Assembly: GCA_051294375.1 (NCBI GenBank)
Contig: JBJCIZ010000239.1
Location: 3,886,402-3,950,401 of the forward strand
From: Paraspadella gotoi
Taxonomy: Eukaryota > Animalia > Chaetognatha
Direction: 5' to 3'
DNA length: 64,000 bases
Both the position numbers and the translations under genes were made by a program. This document shows positions 26,714 to 38,018 of this stretch, piece by piece. The notes beneath the pieces are model-generated. The model ran no database searches. It had not been told where the DNA came from and saw only the letters and a list, made by a program, of their open reading frames with translations. Position 1 is the first letter of the stretch. Each line of letters begins with the position of its first letter.

Positions 26714-27754
26714 NNNNNNNNNNNNNNNNNNNNNNNNNAAGAAAGAAAGAAAGAAAGAAAGATAGAGCGGTTAAGATGTCAAATCATTATGAATAGAAAG
26801 GATAATAAGTGAAGAAGAAAAAAAAAATGAAATTGAGGAAAACAACAAAAAAAAAGAAAAATGAAGAAAAAAAAGAAAAAAAGCAAAAAGTCATGTTCAA
26901 ATTCTTCTTTTTTTTCTTTACGGCAAACATAAAAATAAAGGGCGGGAAAGGGGAGAGAGAGACGAGAGAGAGAGGAGAGGAAGAGAGAGAGAGAGAGAGC
27001 CACCTTTTTTTCACTTCTTGTAAAACTAAAAGGGAAAAAAAAAGAAGCGAACTTTTTTTTTTAATTCGATCCTTCATAAACAAAATCAAAGTTTTTGCCA
27101 TTTATTATGTAATTTACCGGATTAACCGCATGAACCGATTCCACCTTCGCTCACCGCTTCTTATTTTTTACAGTAAAATTTTTTTACAGTGGATCCCCCT
27201 GTACCTGACGAGATGCATCGCTCAGTTGTTTTTTTTTTTTTTAGTACCGAAGAATGAATGTTAAGTAATGTATTGCAAATAAATGTAATGAAAAAACTAA
27301 GATTTAATTTTTTATAACAACAAATCTTGCATTAAGAGTGTAAAATCTATACAAAAACTATTTCTATTTAATAAAAATTCGATTCATTTTATAAAATTAT
27401 ACATTATTTTTTAATCTGTTTGGAAGTAGTTGCCAGACAGCTGTTGAAGAACTTAATTTTAATTTAAAATTAACTTTTAATGTCTCTCAAAAATTTTATA
27501 TGCAACAATAAATGAGAGAGGAAAACGTTTTTATTCTCTATCGTAATAATAATATTAATGATAATGTTAATCATCGTAATAATTTTTTTTCAGCTTCGAG
27601 AATCTCATATCAGTTTTAACTCAGTAAACAAAAAAACCTGATAAATGAAAAGAATTTGTAAATGAACTCAAAAAGCTCTCAAATTCCGTATCGGGTTACA
27701 ATAAAATGAGCAGAGCTTAAGGATCAATAAAGTATAATTCAAGAATGGAATTTC

Positions 27755-27802
<48 letters not shown>

Positions 27803-28692
27803 GAGGGAAAAAATTTAAAGTAAAAAAACCTGGTTTCATCGTTAAAAGTTCAGACCGGCATAAGTTAAAAAAAAATCAGAGAAAAAAAAACTTAAAGCGT
27901 TTAAATTACACGAAAATGTTTTTCTCCTTCTTAACGATTTAACTATTTTTTTTACCACGCTCCTCATTTCCTGATTTTTTTGTTTCATGCGCGGTATTTT
28001 CTAATTATTTTCTCATTATGTTCTACTTTTTAAATATATATATATGAACGTCAAATTGTTTGATCGCTAAAAATTCGTCTCTTTACATCGGTTATGTTTT
28101 TATGGGCAATCAATTTTTTTTAATCTTTGAAAATTTTTTTTTTTAATGAAGGATATTTTTGATTTGTTAGATTTTTTTTCTTCATAATAATACCTTTTCA
28201 TGCTTTTTAATTTTTATATTGTTCATTTTTTTAAAATTATTTTTATAATTTAAGTAAGTTTTTTTCTGTTTCTTTTTCTGCGCCTCTGTCGGTTGATATT
28301 AAATTACTACAAACAAAATTTAAAAAAAAATATCCATTAATATTAATATATTAATAAATATTAATATGGATAATTAAGCTATCTCGTCTCCCGACTTTAT
28401 ACTTTAGACTCTATTCATTTTTCTTTTTATTATTTCTTTCTCAAAATCCATATCACTTTTATTCTTTTTTCTCCCCTTTTTTTTATTTAATTCTATTTCT
28501 TTCCACCAACACACCCTCCCCTTAAACCCAACCCTCAAAACCGCCCCCTCTTCCTCCTCCCATAGATGAAACCCTGATAAGCTCCTCTTCCTTCTTCGTC
28601 CGGAAGCCCCCCCCAAAAAAGGAGGCGTCGCCGCTCCTCCTCCTCTTCCTCCTCGATACCGCCCTCTTCCCGCCAAATCCTCCGCCTCCATC

Positions 28693-28915
28693 ATGGCGTA
28701 TACCACCTCCACCCACCGACGCCTCCCCCGTCTCTCCCTCTTCCTCTTCCTCTTCCTTCTCCACATCTCCACGTGGCGAACGATCGACGCCAAGAGCGGC
28801 TACGACTACGGCGCCAACGGGCGCGGCGGCGGCGCCCACGGCGCCCTCTATCCGCGCGGGAACCGTAACGGTCGTCTGCCCGCTTATCAGACCAGAACGC
28901 GGATGTCGGGCAACG
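28693..28915 (+). CDS. VWC-repeat secreted protein, exon 1 (signal peptide-like N-terminus, Gly/Tyr/Arg-rich)
   Basis: ATG then RLSLFLFLFLLHIS hydrophobic core and a TIDA-K cleavage-like site; GC-rich codons. Needs one extra A (present in the duplicate copy: GACACAG) to splice in frame to exon 2. Confidence 0.7.
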
Positions 28916-28919
28916 GTTT

Positions 28920-29275
28920 TGTAGTCGGTCATTGCGGAAAAGTTCAAACCGCCAATAAGCATGTCACCTTCAGTCGTAACCCGGTTGCTCTTCGAGTCAA
29001 ACCATCAGCTAAGGAAGCGTGAGGATGGCCGTAAATCACGTTGGAGGACTGGAAAACCCCCAATCGTGGATAGTAGTCTTTCAGCGCATGGTGAACCTAA
29101 CAAGGCTTCTTCCAGACCTTTAGAGCGGCTTACAGATCTCCTCATGCTTCCCGTACGCTAGCTGGCTTTGAACAGACCCTTGTGCCTAAAGGTCACGAGC
29201 CAATAGCTTTACTCGTTGAGCAATATAAGTGGCATGCTTATAGGCAGGTCGAACTTTCCGCATTGCCCGACTACA
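28920..29275. mobile_element. Non-autonomous TIR element (TGT...ACA termini, 4-bp TSD; Ginger-like by termini) constituting intron 1
   Basis: ~47-bp imperfect TIRs: TGTAGTCGGTCATTGCGGAAAAGTTCAAACCGCCAATAAGCATGTCAC vs reverse complement of GTGGCATGCTTATAGGC(A)GGTCGAACTTTCCGCATTGCCCGACTACA; flanked by GGTT. Superfamily is inference. Confidence 0.8.
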
Positions 29276-29276
29276 G

Positions 29277-29636
29277 GTTCAACGGACGCTACGACGAACG
29301 CGGACAAGGACCCCCGTCGGGCTACTACCCTCCACCGCCGGGCGGCGCCAACAACAATCAGCCCCCTACCCATCTCTTCATGCAGCCGCGCAAGTTTCCC
29401 AAATCCGGAAACTGCGCCTACTTGGCCAAGTGCACCACCTGTCAGGACGCTTGCCCGCCGCCGCCCGGCGGATGCAACAAGCCCACGCAGGTGCCGACGC
29501 CGAGAGGCGAGAATCCGACGGACTGTTGCCCTCAGTGGAAGTGCGGGGTGCCGGCGAAGCATCTGCCCGGAGGTGGAGTGGAGATCGGTGTCACAGTGGA
29601 CGGGAAAGTCTGTATCATCGGGACGCCGGGTTGCAG
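29277..29636 (+). CDS. VWC-repeat protein exon 2 (half-VWC CP..C..CCPQWKC and first two-Cys repeat)
   Basis: CTACAG acceptor; FNGRYDERG...DCCPQWKC...GVTVDGKVCIIGTPGC; AG|GTTGGG donor. Confidence 0.85.
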
Positions 29637-30315
29637 GTTGGGAGAGAAAAAAATAAGGGGAGGGGGGAGAGCGGGACAGGGCGAGGGTGAGAAAATGTTT
29701 GTTTAATTTTGTTTTGTTTCTATTTTGTTGGGCATAATTCGGTTTTGATTCTTTTGATTAGTTTTGTTTNNNNNNNNNNTAATTCGGTTTTGATTCTTTT
29801 GGTTAGTTTTGTTTTTCTTACTTTATTTAGTTTCGAAAGTTGTTTTTAGATGGTTTTGTGTTATAAAGTTTTTAAAATATTTGAACAAATTTTGTTAGTT
29901 ATTATTCGGTGTTTTTATATTTTGATTGTCCTTGTTTTATATATTTTTGTTTGTTTTTTAAAAGTTTGTTATGATATGTTTCTTTTTTGTTTGTTATGAT
30001 TTGTTTTTATTTAGTTTATTTTTAATTCTTTTAATCTGTTTGTCATGCTTCGTTTTAAGTTTGCTTATTAATGTTTTCTATTTTTTTTATCTTTCTTTGC
30101 ACATGTTTAATGCTATTTTGAATATTAACAATTATAATCAGTAGTCAGCCAATATAAATCAATAAAAACTATCCTGACTTTAGAATCCATAATCAATAAC
30201 TACATATTAAAATATCACTTCATTTTAAAAACTTAAAAAATATAAAAATATTAAATAAAAAAACGAACAAGGTCCCCATTCCAAGTCCGAACGCTCGCTT
30301 TAAAAAAAAATTAAA

Positions 30316-30425
30316 TTTTCCCGCCATCCGATTCAACGCAGATTGGCCGACATTCGGGAGGCGGTGGGCCAATCAGAGACCGCCGCCTCGCAAGACAAAA
30401 AGCCGGAAATGAACAAGTGACGTCA
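30316..30425. promoter_or_regulatory. Cluster of promoter-type motifs inside intron 2
   Basis: TTTTCCCGCC (E2F-like), ATTGG and CCAATCAG (NF-Y), CCGGAAAT (ETS-like), TGACGTCA (CRE) within 110 bp of GC-rich sequence in an AT-rich intron. Confidence 0.4.
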
Positions 30426-31165
30426 TTTCGTCTTATTCTAAAAAAAGGACGATTAAAAAAAAACAAAAAAAAGAGTCGCTCCTTTCATAAAAAAACAAAC
30501 AAAACAACTCATACCTCAATTTCGTTTCGTTTTCTGTTTTCTTTTTCGTTTTTTGTTTTTAACGTCATGTTTCTTTTTGTCGTTTGTCTTTTCTTTCGCC
30601 ATAACCCGCATTGCATGATAATTAACCGGAATTAACCATCATTAACTGTTAACTCGAGTTAATTTCATTCAGACACATCTTTTTTTAAGGTGATATATGG
30701 TTCAAAAAGCAATAAATTTAAATCCTGTTAAAAAAAACGGTGATTGACCGACTAACTGATAAAATTCAGACAAGACCTGTCGGTCGGTCAGTCGGTCTGT
30801 CAACAATGGCTTTTATTTTGTCGCACCGTTTGGACTTAATGGTTCCTTGTTTGTATTTGATAATAACATTAATAATAACGAATAAACCCACCTTGATGTT
30901 TTAAAATTTTGTTTTTGTTTTTGGAATTAAAAAGAAATTTTGTAGACTTAAAAAAAAATAAAATAAAGGCATCCATCCCAACCAATAATTTTAAAAACCG
31001 CCCCATTTCTGATTATATTTATTATTAAGATATTTTTTTAGGTTTAAACTGCTAGTTTAGGATTATTAGTAGGGATTAGGCTACCGATTACGATTTTGGT
31101 TAACAATTTTTGTTAGGGATCAATGTTAGTGATTAGGTTATGGTCAGAGATTGAGTAGCCAATTC

Positions 31166-31457
31166 GGGCCTTATTTTCCCGGACGCCCATTTTATCTCAA
31201 ATTTGGTTCGGTCGGGAATAGGCGAGGTATTCGATAAGTGATTATGGTTGGGGACTTGGCTTTGTGATTAAGGTTAGGAATTTAGGTTAGGGATTAGTAT
31301 TAGGGTTAAAGGTTAAGGTTAAAATTAGGGTTTAGTATTTAGTTAGGGTTAGAGATTAGGGTTACAGATTAGTTTTATAGTTTAAAAATAATTTTAGCTT
31401 AAAATTAAAATTATAGAAAAAACGAACAAAAAGGGGGCACTCTCGAAAAAGAGAGCC
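31166..31457 (+). mobile_element. MITE with degenerate TTAGGG-like core, in intron 2
   Basis: GGGCCTTATTTTCCCGGACGCCCATTTTATC ... AAAAGGGGGCACTCTCGAAAAAGAGAGCC around a TTAGGG/TTAAGG core. Confidence 0.7.
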
Positions 31458-31488
31458 TCTTACCCACTCGCTTCATTACCCACCACAG

Positions 31489-31579
31489 ACGAGCGGAATT
31501 GACGAGTTGGACGACTTTGCATTTTGGGCGAACCCGGTTGTGGAGAAATCGCATCACGGACGACGGGCGACCCTGCATG
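31489..31579 (+). CDS. VWC-repeat protein exon 3 (two-Cys repeats; frameshifted by apparent sequencing errors)
   Basis: CCACAG acceptor; GRLCILGEPGCGE and ITDDGRPCM read in shifting frames; GTGGGT donor. Confidence 0.7.
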
Positions 31580-31943
31580 GTGGGTAGGGGTGTGATTTAA
31601 TGGATCACGGGATTTGGTAGGTTGTTTGGGTAGCGGAGGATTGTTGTTTGGTTGGTAGCGTGGTTCGGTGGGGGCGTTTGCGTGGTATGGATCGGTTGTG
31701 TGTTTGTTAGTGTGGCCGTTGTGTGGTGTATAGTCTAGTAGTGGGACGGTTCCGTGGTTGCGCTTGTTGTGGGCTGTGGTTGTGAGTTTGGTAGTAGGGC
31801 GTGGATATGATTTATGGTCGTGAAATATAAAGTTTAAAATAAAGTTTAAAAACCAATAGTTAATCCCCATGTTGCCCTTCAAATTATATATTTCTATCAA
31901 AATGGGTACGATTCTTCAACCCCTACTCCCTCGCCCACTTAAG

Positions 31944-32212
31944 GTGGGCACCCCTGGTTGTCAACCCGCCGGGGTCGACTCCGACGGACGCCCTGCATCC
32001 TCGGCACACCGCGGTTGCGGCAGCGGAACCATCGTCGGTATCACCGTCGACGGCAAACCCTGCATTCTCGGCACCCCGGTTGCGGCAAGAGTCGGCGTCG
32101 ACGATAACGGACTCCCTTGTCTCATCGGCACACCGGGTTGCGGAGAAGTGGGCGTCGACGCGGACGGAAAACCCTGCAAACTGGGACCCCGGGGTGCAGG
32201 AGGATTCCGGAG
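31944..32212 (+). CDS. VWC-repeat protein exon 4 (tandem GxxxDGxPCxxGTPGC repeats)
   Basis: TTAAG acceptor; VGTPGC, GVDSDGRPC, GITVDGKPCILGTP, GVDDNGLPCLIGTPGC, GVDADGKPCKLG; AG|GTGAGA donor; a few 1-bp indels. Confidence 0.8.
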
Positions 32213-32541
32213 GTGAGAGAGAGAAAGGCGGGGAATATTATCGAAGAATATTATGAAAATTACGTGGCAATTTTTTTTTTTTATAGAAATAGGGAGTAAA
32301 GAAAGGGTAAATACAAAGAAATAGGGAGTATAATACTGAAAACAAGTTTACTGCATATGCAAATGAATTTTGGGGCATTTTAAAAACTTTAAAAAGGGAG
32401 ACAAAAGAGATGGAGTGGAAGATATAAGCGGTTTCACCGGAAACGAGTGGGGGAGAGAGAGAGAGAGAGCAGAGAAGAGAGAGAGAGAGAGAGACAGAAG
32501 AGAGACAGAGACAGAGAGATTGTTCTTCTTCTTTACCCAAG

Positions 32542-32647
32542 GCGGATCGACCGGAGGAGACGGCGGTGGCACCGGAATCGTTCCTGGTCGAGACTACGGA
32601 CCCGAAGGTTGGGACGGAAAGGGTGGATGCATCATCAACGGAAAGAG
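32542..32647 (+). CDS. VWC-repeat protein exon 5 (Gly-rich linker, start of VWC1)
   Basis: CCCAAG acceptor; GGSTGGDGGG...GGCIINGK; AG|GTGATT donor. Confidence 0.8.
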
Positions 32648-33068
32648 GTGATTGGTTGATTGATCGATCGATTGATTGATTGATTATCGATCGATCGAGT
32701 GAGCTAAACTAACTGATTATTTAAAAGATTGATTGTTTATTTGACTGATTAGACTATTGAAGGAGTTATAGATCGATTGAGCAATTAGTAACAAATCGTC
32801 GAACGATTGATTGATGAAGTGATGGATTGATTGTTGATGAATTGGATCGATTGAATTACTGATGGTTATATTGATAATTAATTTATCGATTATGAACGAA
32901 CGAACGAAAGACGAAGAACGATTGATTGAATATGTAGATTTTCTTTCCTCCTCTCTCACATTTTTTCAACATTCATTCGTTTCCATGTCGTTCCATGTCT
33001 TGCCAACCCCGTTCCATGTCTCCTCATCCTCCCCATGCTTTTTTCCCCCGTCGACGCTGACTCCCCAG

Positions 33069-33241
33069 ATTCCAGAACGGCGACGTCTTCAACGACGGAT
33101 GCGTCCGCAAATGCATCTGCAAGAACGGGATACTTCGAGTGCAATCCGATGTGCGAATCGTCGTGCCCCCGATCAATTGCAGGAATCGAGGCAGAGAAAA
33201 GAACCGGGGGAGTGTTGCCTACCTGGGAATGGCGAATAAGG
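33069..33241 (+). CDS. VWC-repeat protein exon 6 (VWC1)
   Basis: CCCCAG acceptor, in phase with exon 5 (AG|A): FQNGDVFNDGCVRKCICKNGILECNPMC...PGECC..WE; GTGAGA donor; indels present. Confidence 0.8.
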
Positions 33242-33345
33242 GTGAGAGAGGGGGCTGGGGAGGGAGAGAGAGAGTTAGAGGAGGAGAGAGTGTGTTCCAG
33301 ACCTGACAGTGCGATAAGGTGAAAGGGGTTAAAAGAGGGAAAAAG

Positions 33346-33419
<74 letters not shown>

Positions 33420-33555
33420 TATGACTTTCTTTCTCTCCTCTCTCTCTTCCTCTCCCTCCCTGCTCTCTTTCATCCCCATTTTTATTCTCAACCCTTCTCC
33501 CTCCTCTCTTCTTCCCTCCTCCCTCTCTCTCCCATCCTTCCTCTCCTCCCTCCAG

Positions 33556-33769
33556 GTCTTCTGCACCTTCAACGGCAAGCGCTACGAAGTCGGCGAAAAA
33601 GTGGACAACGGCTGCGAAGGTCAATGCATTGCGCGCCGAATCCGGCATGATGTACTGCGTGCCGTTTTGCCCTCAGACGAGGGTCATGCCTCGGCGATGT
33701 GTCCCAATCCTAAACTGATCAGCGGACGGACGGAACTTCGGTCATCTCCCCGGCGACTTGTTGCGATAG
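33556..33769 (+). CDS. VWC-repeat protein exon 7 (VWC2)
   Basis: TCCAG acceptor; VFCTFNGKRYEVGEKVDNGCEGQC...CPNPKL...PGD.CCD; AG|GTCATT donor joining in phase to the next exon (R-WEC). Confidence 0.75.
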
Positions 33770-33869
33770 GTCATTGTTCTTGTTGTTAATTGTTCTTGTT
33801 GTAGATGTTAATGTTGTTATAGTTGTTGTTTTGGTTGATGTTATTGTTTTATGTTTGTTGTTTGTTATT

Positions 33870-34254
33870 TTTTTGCATTACTGTTTTTGTAGTTGAATGT
33901 TGTTATGTGTTGTTGGTTGTTATTTCTATTGTTTTTGTTATTCCTAATGTTTTGTAGGTTTTTTAGTTGTTGTTAATTTATTACGTTTTTGTTTTCGTTT
34001 TTAACTTTGTTGTTAAAAAAATCGTTTTTCTTTTACTTACTTTAAATATCTTTAAAAATATATCTATTTTTAGAAGACAACGCTAACATCCACCGCCAGA
34101 AATAAATGATAAAATCTAAAAATAATAAGTAAATAAAAAAAAAAACATAAAATCTCTAAAGATAGAATGGTGTAATTTTGCCAATTTTCTCTAATAGGAT
34201 TATTGTTTAATTTTTTAGTCAGTCGCTCTGTGAAAATGACATCCCGGGAGGGCG

Positions 34255-34343
<89 letters not shown>

Positions 34344-35401
34344 CTCCTCTCTCTCAAAACGAAACCAAAACTCCTGCCGAATTCCGCACATCATTTTTTT
34401 TCCTTGAGATTTTTTTTAAGGCCGTAAAATTGTTTTCTTCTTTTCAAAGTCACAAGTTTATTTCACTTCGTAAGTTTATTTTTTCTGTCGAATCTTTTAC
34501 GAAGAAAAGTTTAAATTAAAAAGAAACAGTTTTTTAAAAATATTACTGGTATTAAATATCTTCAAAAAAAACTTAAAATGAATTCATATTCATTTTCGTT
34601 AAAAACAAATCGTGTTTAAATAATTTAATGTATGAAATGTTAAATATAATTTAAAAAAGAAAAGAGAAAAATATTAAAAATAAAAAGAGAAAGAAGGAAA
34701 GGAAAGAAAGAAAGAAAGAAAGAAGAAAGAAAGAAAGATNNNNNNNNNNNNNNNNNNNNNNNNNTTTTGCGTTACTGTTTTTGTAGTTGATGTTGTTATG
34801 TGTGTTGTGGTTGTTATTTCTATTGTTTTTGTTATTTTTAATGTTTTTGTAAGTGTTTTTGTTGTTGTTAATTTACGTTTTTTGTTTTCTTTTTTAACTT
34901 GTTAAAAAAATTGCTTTTCTTTTACTTACTTTAAATATCTTTAAAAAAATATATCTATTTTTAGAAGACAACGCTAACATCCACCGCCCAGAAATAAATG
35001 ATAAAATCTAAAAATNNNNNNNNNNNNNNNNNNNNNNNNNNNNNNNNNNNNNNNNNNNNNNNNNNNNNNNNNNNNNNNNNNNNNNNNNNNNNNNNNNNNN
35101 NNNNNNNNNNNNNNNNNNNNNNNNNNNNNNNNNNNNNNNNNNNNNNNNNNNNNNNNNNNNNNNNNNNNNNNNNNNNNNNNNNNNNNNNNNNNNNNNNNNN
35201 NNNNNNNNNNNNNNNNNNNNNNNNNNNNNNNNNNNNNNNNNNNNNNNNNNNNNNNNNNNNNNNNNNNNNNNNNNNNNNNNNNNNNNNNNNNNNNNNNNNN
35301 NNNNNNNNNNNNNNNNNNCGAATTCGCACATCATTTTTTTTCCTTGAGATTTTTTTAAGGCCGTAAAATTGTTTCTTCTTTTCAAAGTCACAAGTTTATT
35401 T
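33870..35401. repeat. Direct duplication (about 33870-34461 and about 34765-35401) across a 25-N gap
   Basis: Same intronic sequence repeated after N at 34740-34764; second copy partly gapped. Confidence 0.75.
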
Positions 35402-37165
35402 NNNNNNNNNNNNNNNNNNNNNNNNNNNNNNNNNNNNNNNNNNNNNNNNNNNNNNNNNNNNNNNNNNNNNNNNNNNNNNNNNNNNNNNNNNNNNNNNNNN
35501 NNNNNNNNNNNNNNNNNNNNNNNNNNNNNNNNNNNNNNNNNNNNNNNNNNNNNNNNNNNNNNNNNNNNNNNNNNNNNNNNNNNNNNNNNNNNNNNNNNNN
35601 NNNNNNNNNNNNNNNNNNNNNNNNNNNNNNNNNNNNNNNNNNNNNNNNNNNNNNNNNNNNNNNNNNNNNNNNNNNNNNNNNNNNNNNNNNNNNNNNNNNN
35701 NNNNNNNNNNNNNNNNNNNNNNNNNNNNNNNNNNNNNNNNNNNNNNNNNNNNNNNNNNNNNNNNNNNNNNNNNNNNNNNNNNNNNNNNNNNNNNNNNNNN
35801 NNNNNNNNNNNNNNNNNNNNNNNNNNNNNNNNNNNNNNNNNNNNNNNNNNNNNNNNNNNNNNNNNNNNNNNNNNNNNNNNNNNNNNNNNNNNNNNNNNNN
35901 NNNNNNNNNNNNNNNNNNNNNNNNNNNNNNNNNNNNNNNNNNNNNNNNNNNNNNNNNNNNNNNNNNNNNNNNNNNNNNNNNNNNNNNNNNNNNNNNNNNN
36001 NNNNNNNNNNNNNNNNNNNNNNNNNNNNNNNNNNNNNNNNNNNNNNNNNNNNNNNNNNNNNNNNNNNNNNNNNNNNNNNNNNNNNNNNNNNNNNNNNNNN
36101 NNNNNNNNNNNNNNNNNNNNNNNNNNNNNNNNNNNNNNNNNNNNNNNNNNNNNNNNNNNNNNNNNNNNNNNNNNNNNNNNNNNNNNNNNNNNNNNNNNNN
36201 NNNNNNNNNNNNNNNNNNNNNNNNNNNNNNNNNNNNNNNNNNNNNNNNNNNNNNNNNNNNNNNNNNNNNNNNNNNNNNNNNNNNNNNNNNAAGTTCCATC
36301 TCTGAAACCTATAAAATCTTAAAGTATACCCCTTAATGTGGTAGGTCAGTAAAATTTAATAAAGGCAGGACTTTTTAAAAATTTTTGAAGTTTTTTTATA
36401 AAAACTTTTAAGTAGTTTAGTGAATATGCTTACAATTTGAATGTCNNNNNNNNNNNNNNNNNNNNNNNNNNNNNNNNNNNNNNNNNNNNNNNNNNNNNNN
36501 NNNNNNNNNNNNNNNNNNNNNNNNNNNNNNNNNNNNNNNNNNNNNNNNNNNNNNNNNNNNNNNNNNNNNNNNNNNNNNNNNNGTTCGAACGAATGTTTAA
36601 TTTTAATATTTAGCATTATAGTAATTTGGAGTATATATATATTTTATTCGTTTACAACTAACCGTTGACACATTACATGGCACAACAAAAAAAATTACTA
36701 AATAATCTCATCATAACGATTGTCATTTGTTTTCTTAATAAAGCAGCGACAGAGAGACATCTGTTAACGACTGCTCGAACCTCAATCGCGAAGAAAACAA
36801 AAGTCTTTACGTCTACAAATATTTATATTGNNNNNNNNNNNNNNNNNNNNNNNNNNNNNNNNNNNNNNNNNNNNNNNNNNNNNNNNNNNNNNNNNNNNNN
36901 NNNNNNNNNNNNNNNNNNNNNNNNNNNNNNNNNNNNNNNNNNNNNNNNNNNNNNNNNNNNNNNNNNNNNNNNNNNNNNNNNNNNNNNNNNNNNNNNNNNN
37001 NNNNNNNNNNNNNNNNNNNNNNNNNNNNNNNNNNNNNNNNNNNNNNNNNNNNNNNNNNNNNNNNNNNNNNNNNNNNTCGAGACTGATTTCTAATAATAAT
37101 AATAAATATTTTAATAAATTTTTTCCTCTTCTTCTTCCTCTCCTCTTCCTCCTCCCCTCCAAAAG

Positions 37166-37400
37166 ATGGGAGTGCGACTTTAGACGCATCGATCGAACCT
37201 GCATGTACAAAGGCACCCGCTACCAGGACGGCGAATCCTTCGAGGACGGCTGCGACTGGAACTGCAAGTGTTACGCGGGAAAGATCAGCTGCAGCAGCAA
37301 GTGCGTCGTCAGCCTCGTGCCGCCGCAGAACACCTGCACGGAGACGGAGCATTTTCAAGAGGACGGGGAATGTTGTCATCATTGGCAGTGCTGTCACAAG
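37166..37400 (+). CDS. VWC-repeat protein exon 8 (VWC3)
   Basis: AAAAG acceptor; clean frame WEC...TCMYKGTRYQDGESFEDGCDWNCKC...GECCHHWQCCHK; AAG|GTAAGC donor. Confidence 0.9.
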
Positions 37401-37845
37401 GTAAGCGGTGTCATTGGCGGTGCTGTCACGAAGTAAGGGGNNNNNNNNNNNNNNNNNNNNNNNNNNNNNNNNNNNNNNNNNNNNNNNNNNNNNNNNNNNN
37501 NNNNNNNNNNNNNNNNNNNNNNNNNNNNNNNNNNNNNNNNNNNNNNNNNNNNNNNNNNNNNNNNNNNNNNNNNNNNNNNNNNNNNNNNNNNNNNNNNNNN
37601 NNNNNNNNNNNNNNNNNNNNNNNNNNNNNNNNNNNNNNNNNNNNNNNNNNNNNNNNGGTGTCATTGGTGGTGCTGTCACAAAGTAAGGGATGATGTCACC
37701 ATGCTGTCACAATGAGTGGCGTTATCATTGGCAGTGCTGTCACAAGGTAAGCGGTGTCATTGGTGGTGCTGTCACAAACTAAGGGGATGATGTCACGATG
37801 ATGTCACAATGAGTGGCGTTATCATCGGCAACGCTGTCACAAGGC
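37373..37845 (+). repeat. Minisatellite derived from the exon 8 / intron 8 junction
   Basis: Repeated ~30-bp units TCATTGG.RGTGCTGTCACAA(G)GTAAG; partly gapped. Confidence 0.8.
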
Positions 37846-37895
37846 AACTTCAAAGATCAATTTTCGTACTTCATCTCCCACACCCCCTCCACCAG

Positions 37896-38018
37896 GTCAA
37901 CATGTGCTACGATAACGGACGACCCGTTCCGCAAGGGGAGACGTTCTTCAAAGGCTGCGACTCGCGTTGCGTCTGCACCTTTGGAGGACAAATTCATTGC
38001 ATCAGTCGGTGTCCTCCG
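37896..38018 (+). CDS. VWC-repeat protein exon 9 (VWC4; 3' end lost in gap)
   Basis: CACCAG acceptor; VNMCYDNGRPVPQGETFFKGCDSRCVCTFGGQIHCISRCPP, then N. Confidence 0.9.

Larger units (their letters stand above)
23905..29425. repeat. Direct duplication (about 23905-26713 and about 26739-29425) across a 25-N gap, including the start of the VWC gene
   Basis: Same ~2.7 kb twice with indel-type differences; N at 26714-26738. Confidence 0.85.

Noticed and set aside
28961-29276. ORFs inside the intron-1 element and the 29182 start of the 174-aa ORF
   Set aside because: They lie within the TIR element; no transposase motifs, and the GC-rich coding signal begins only after the acceptor at 29276.
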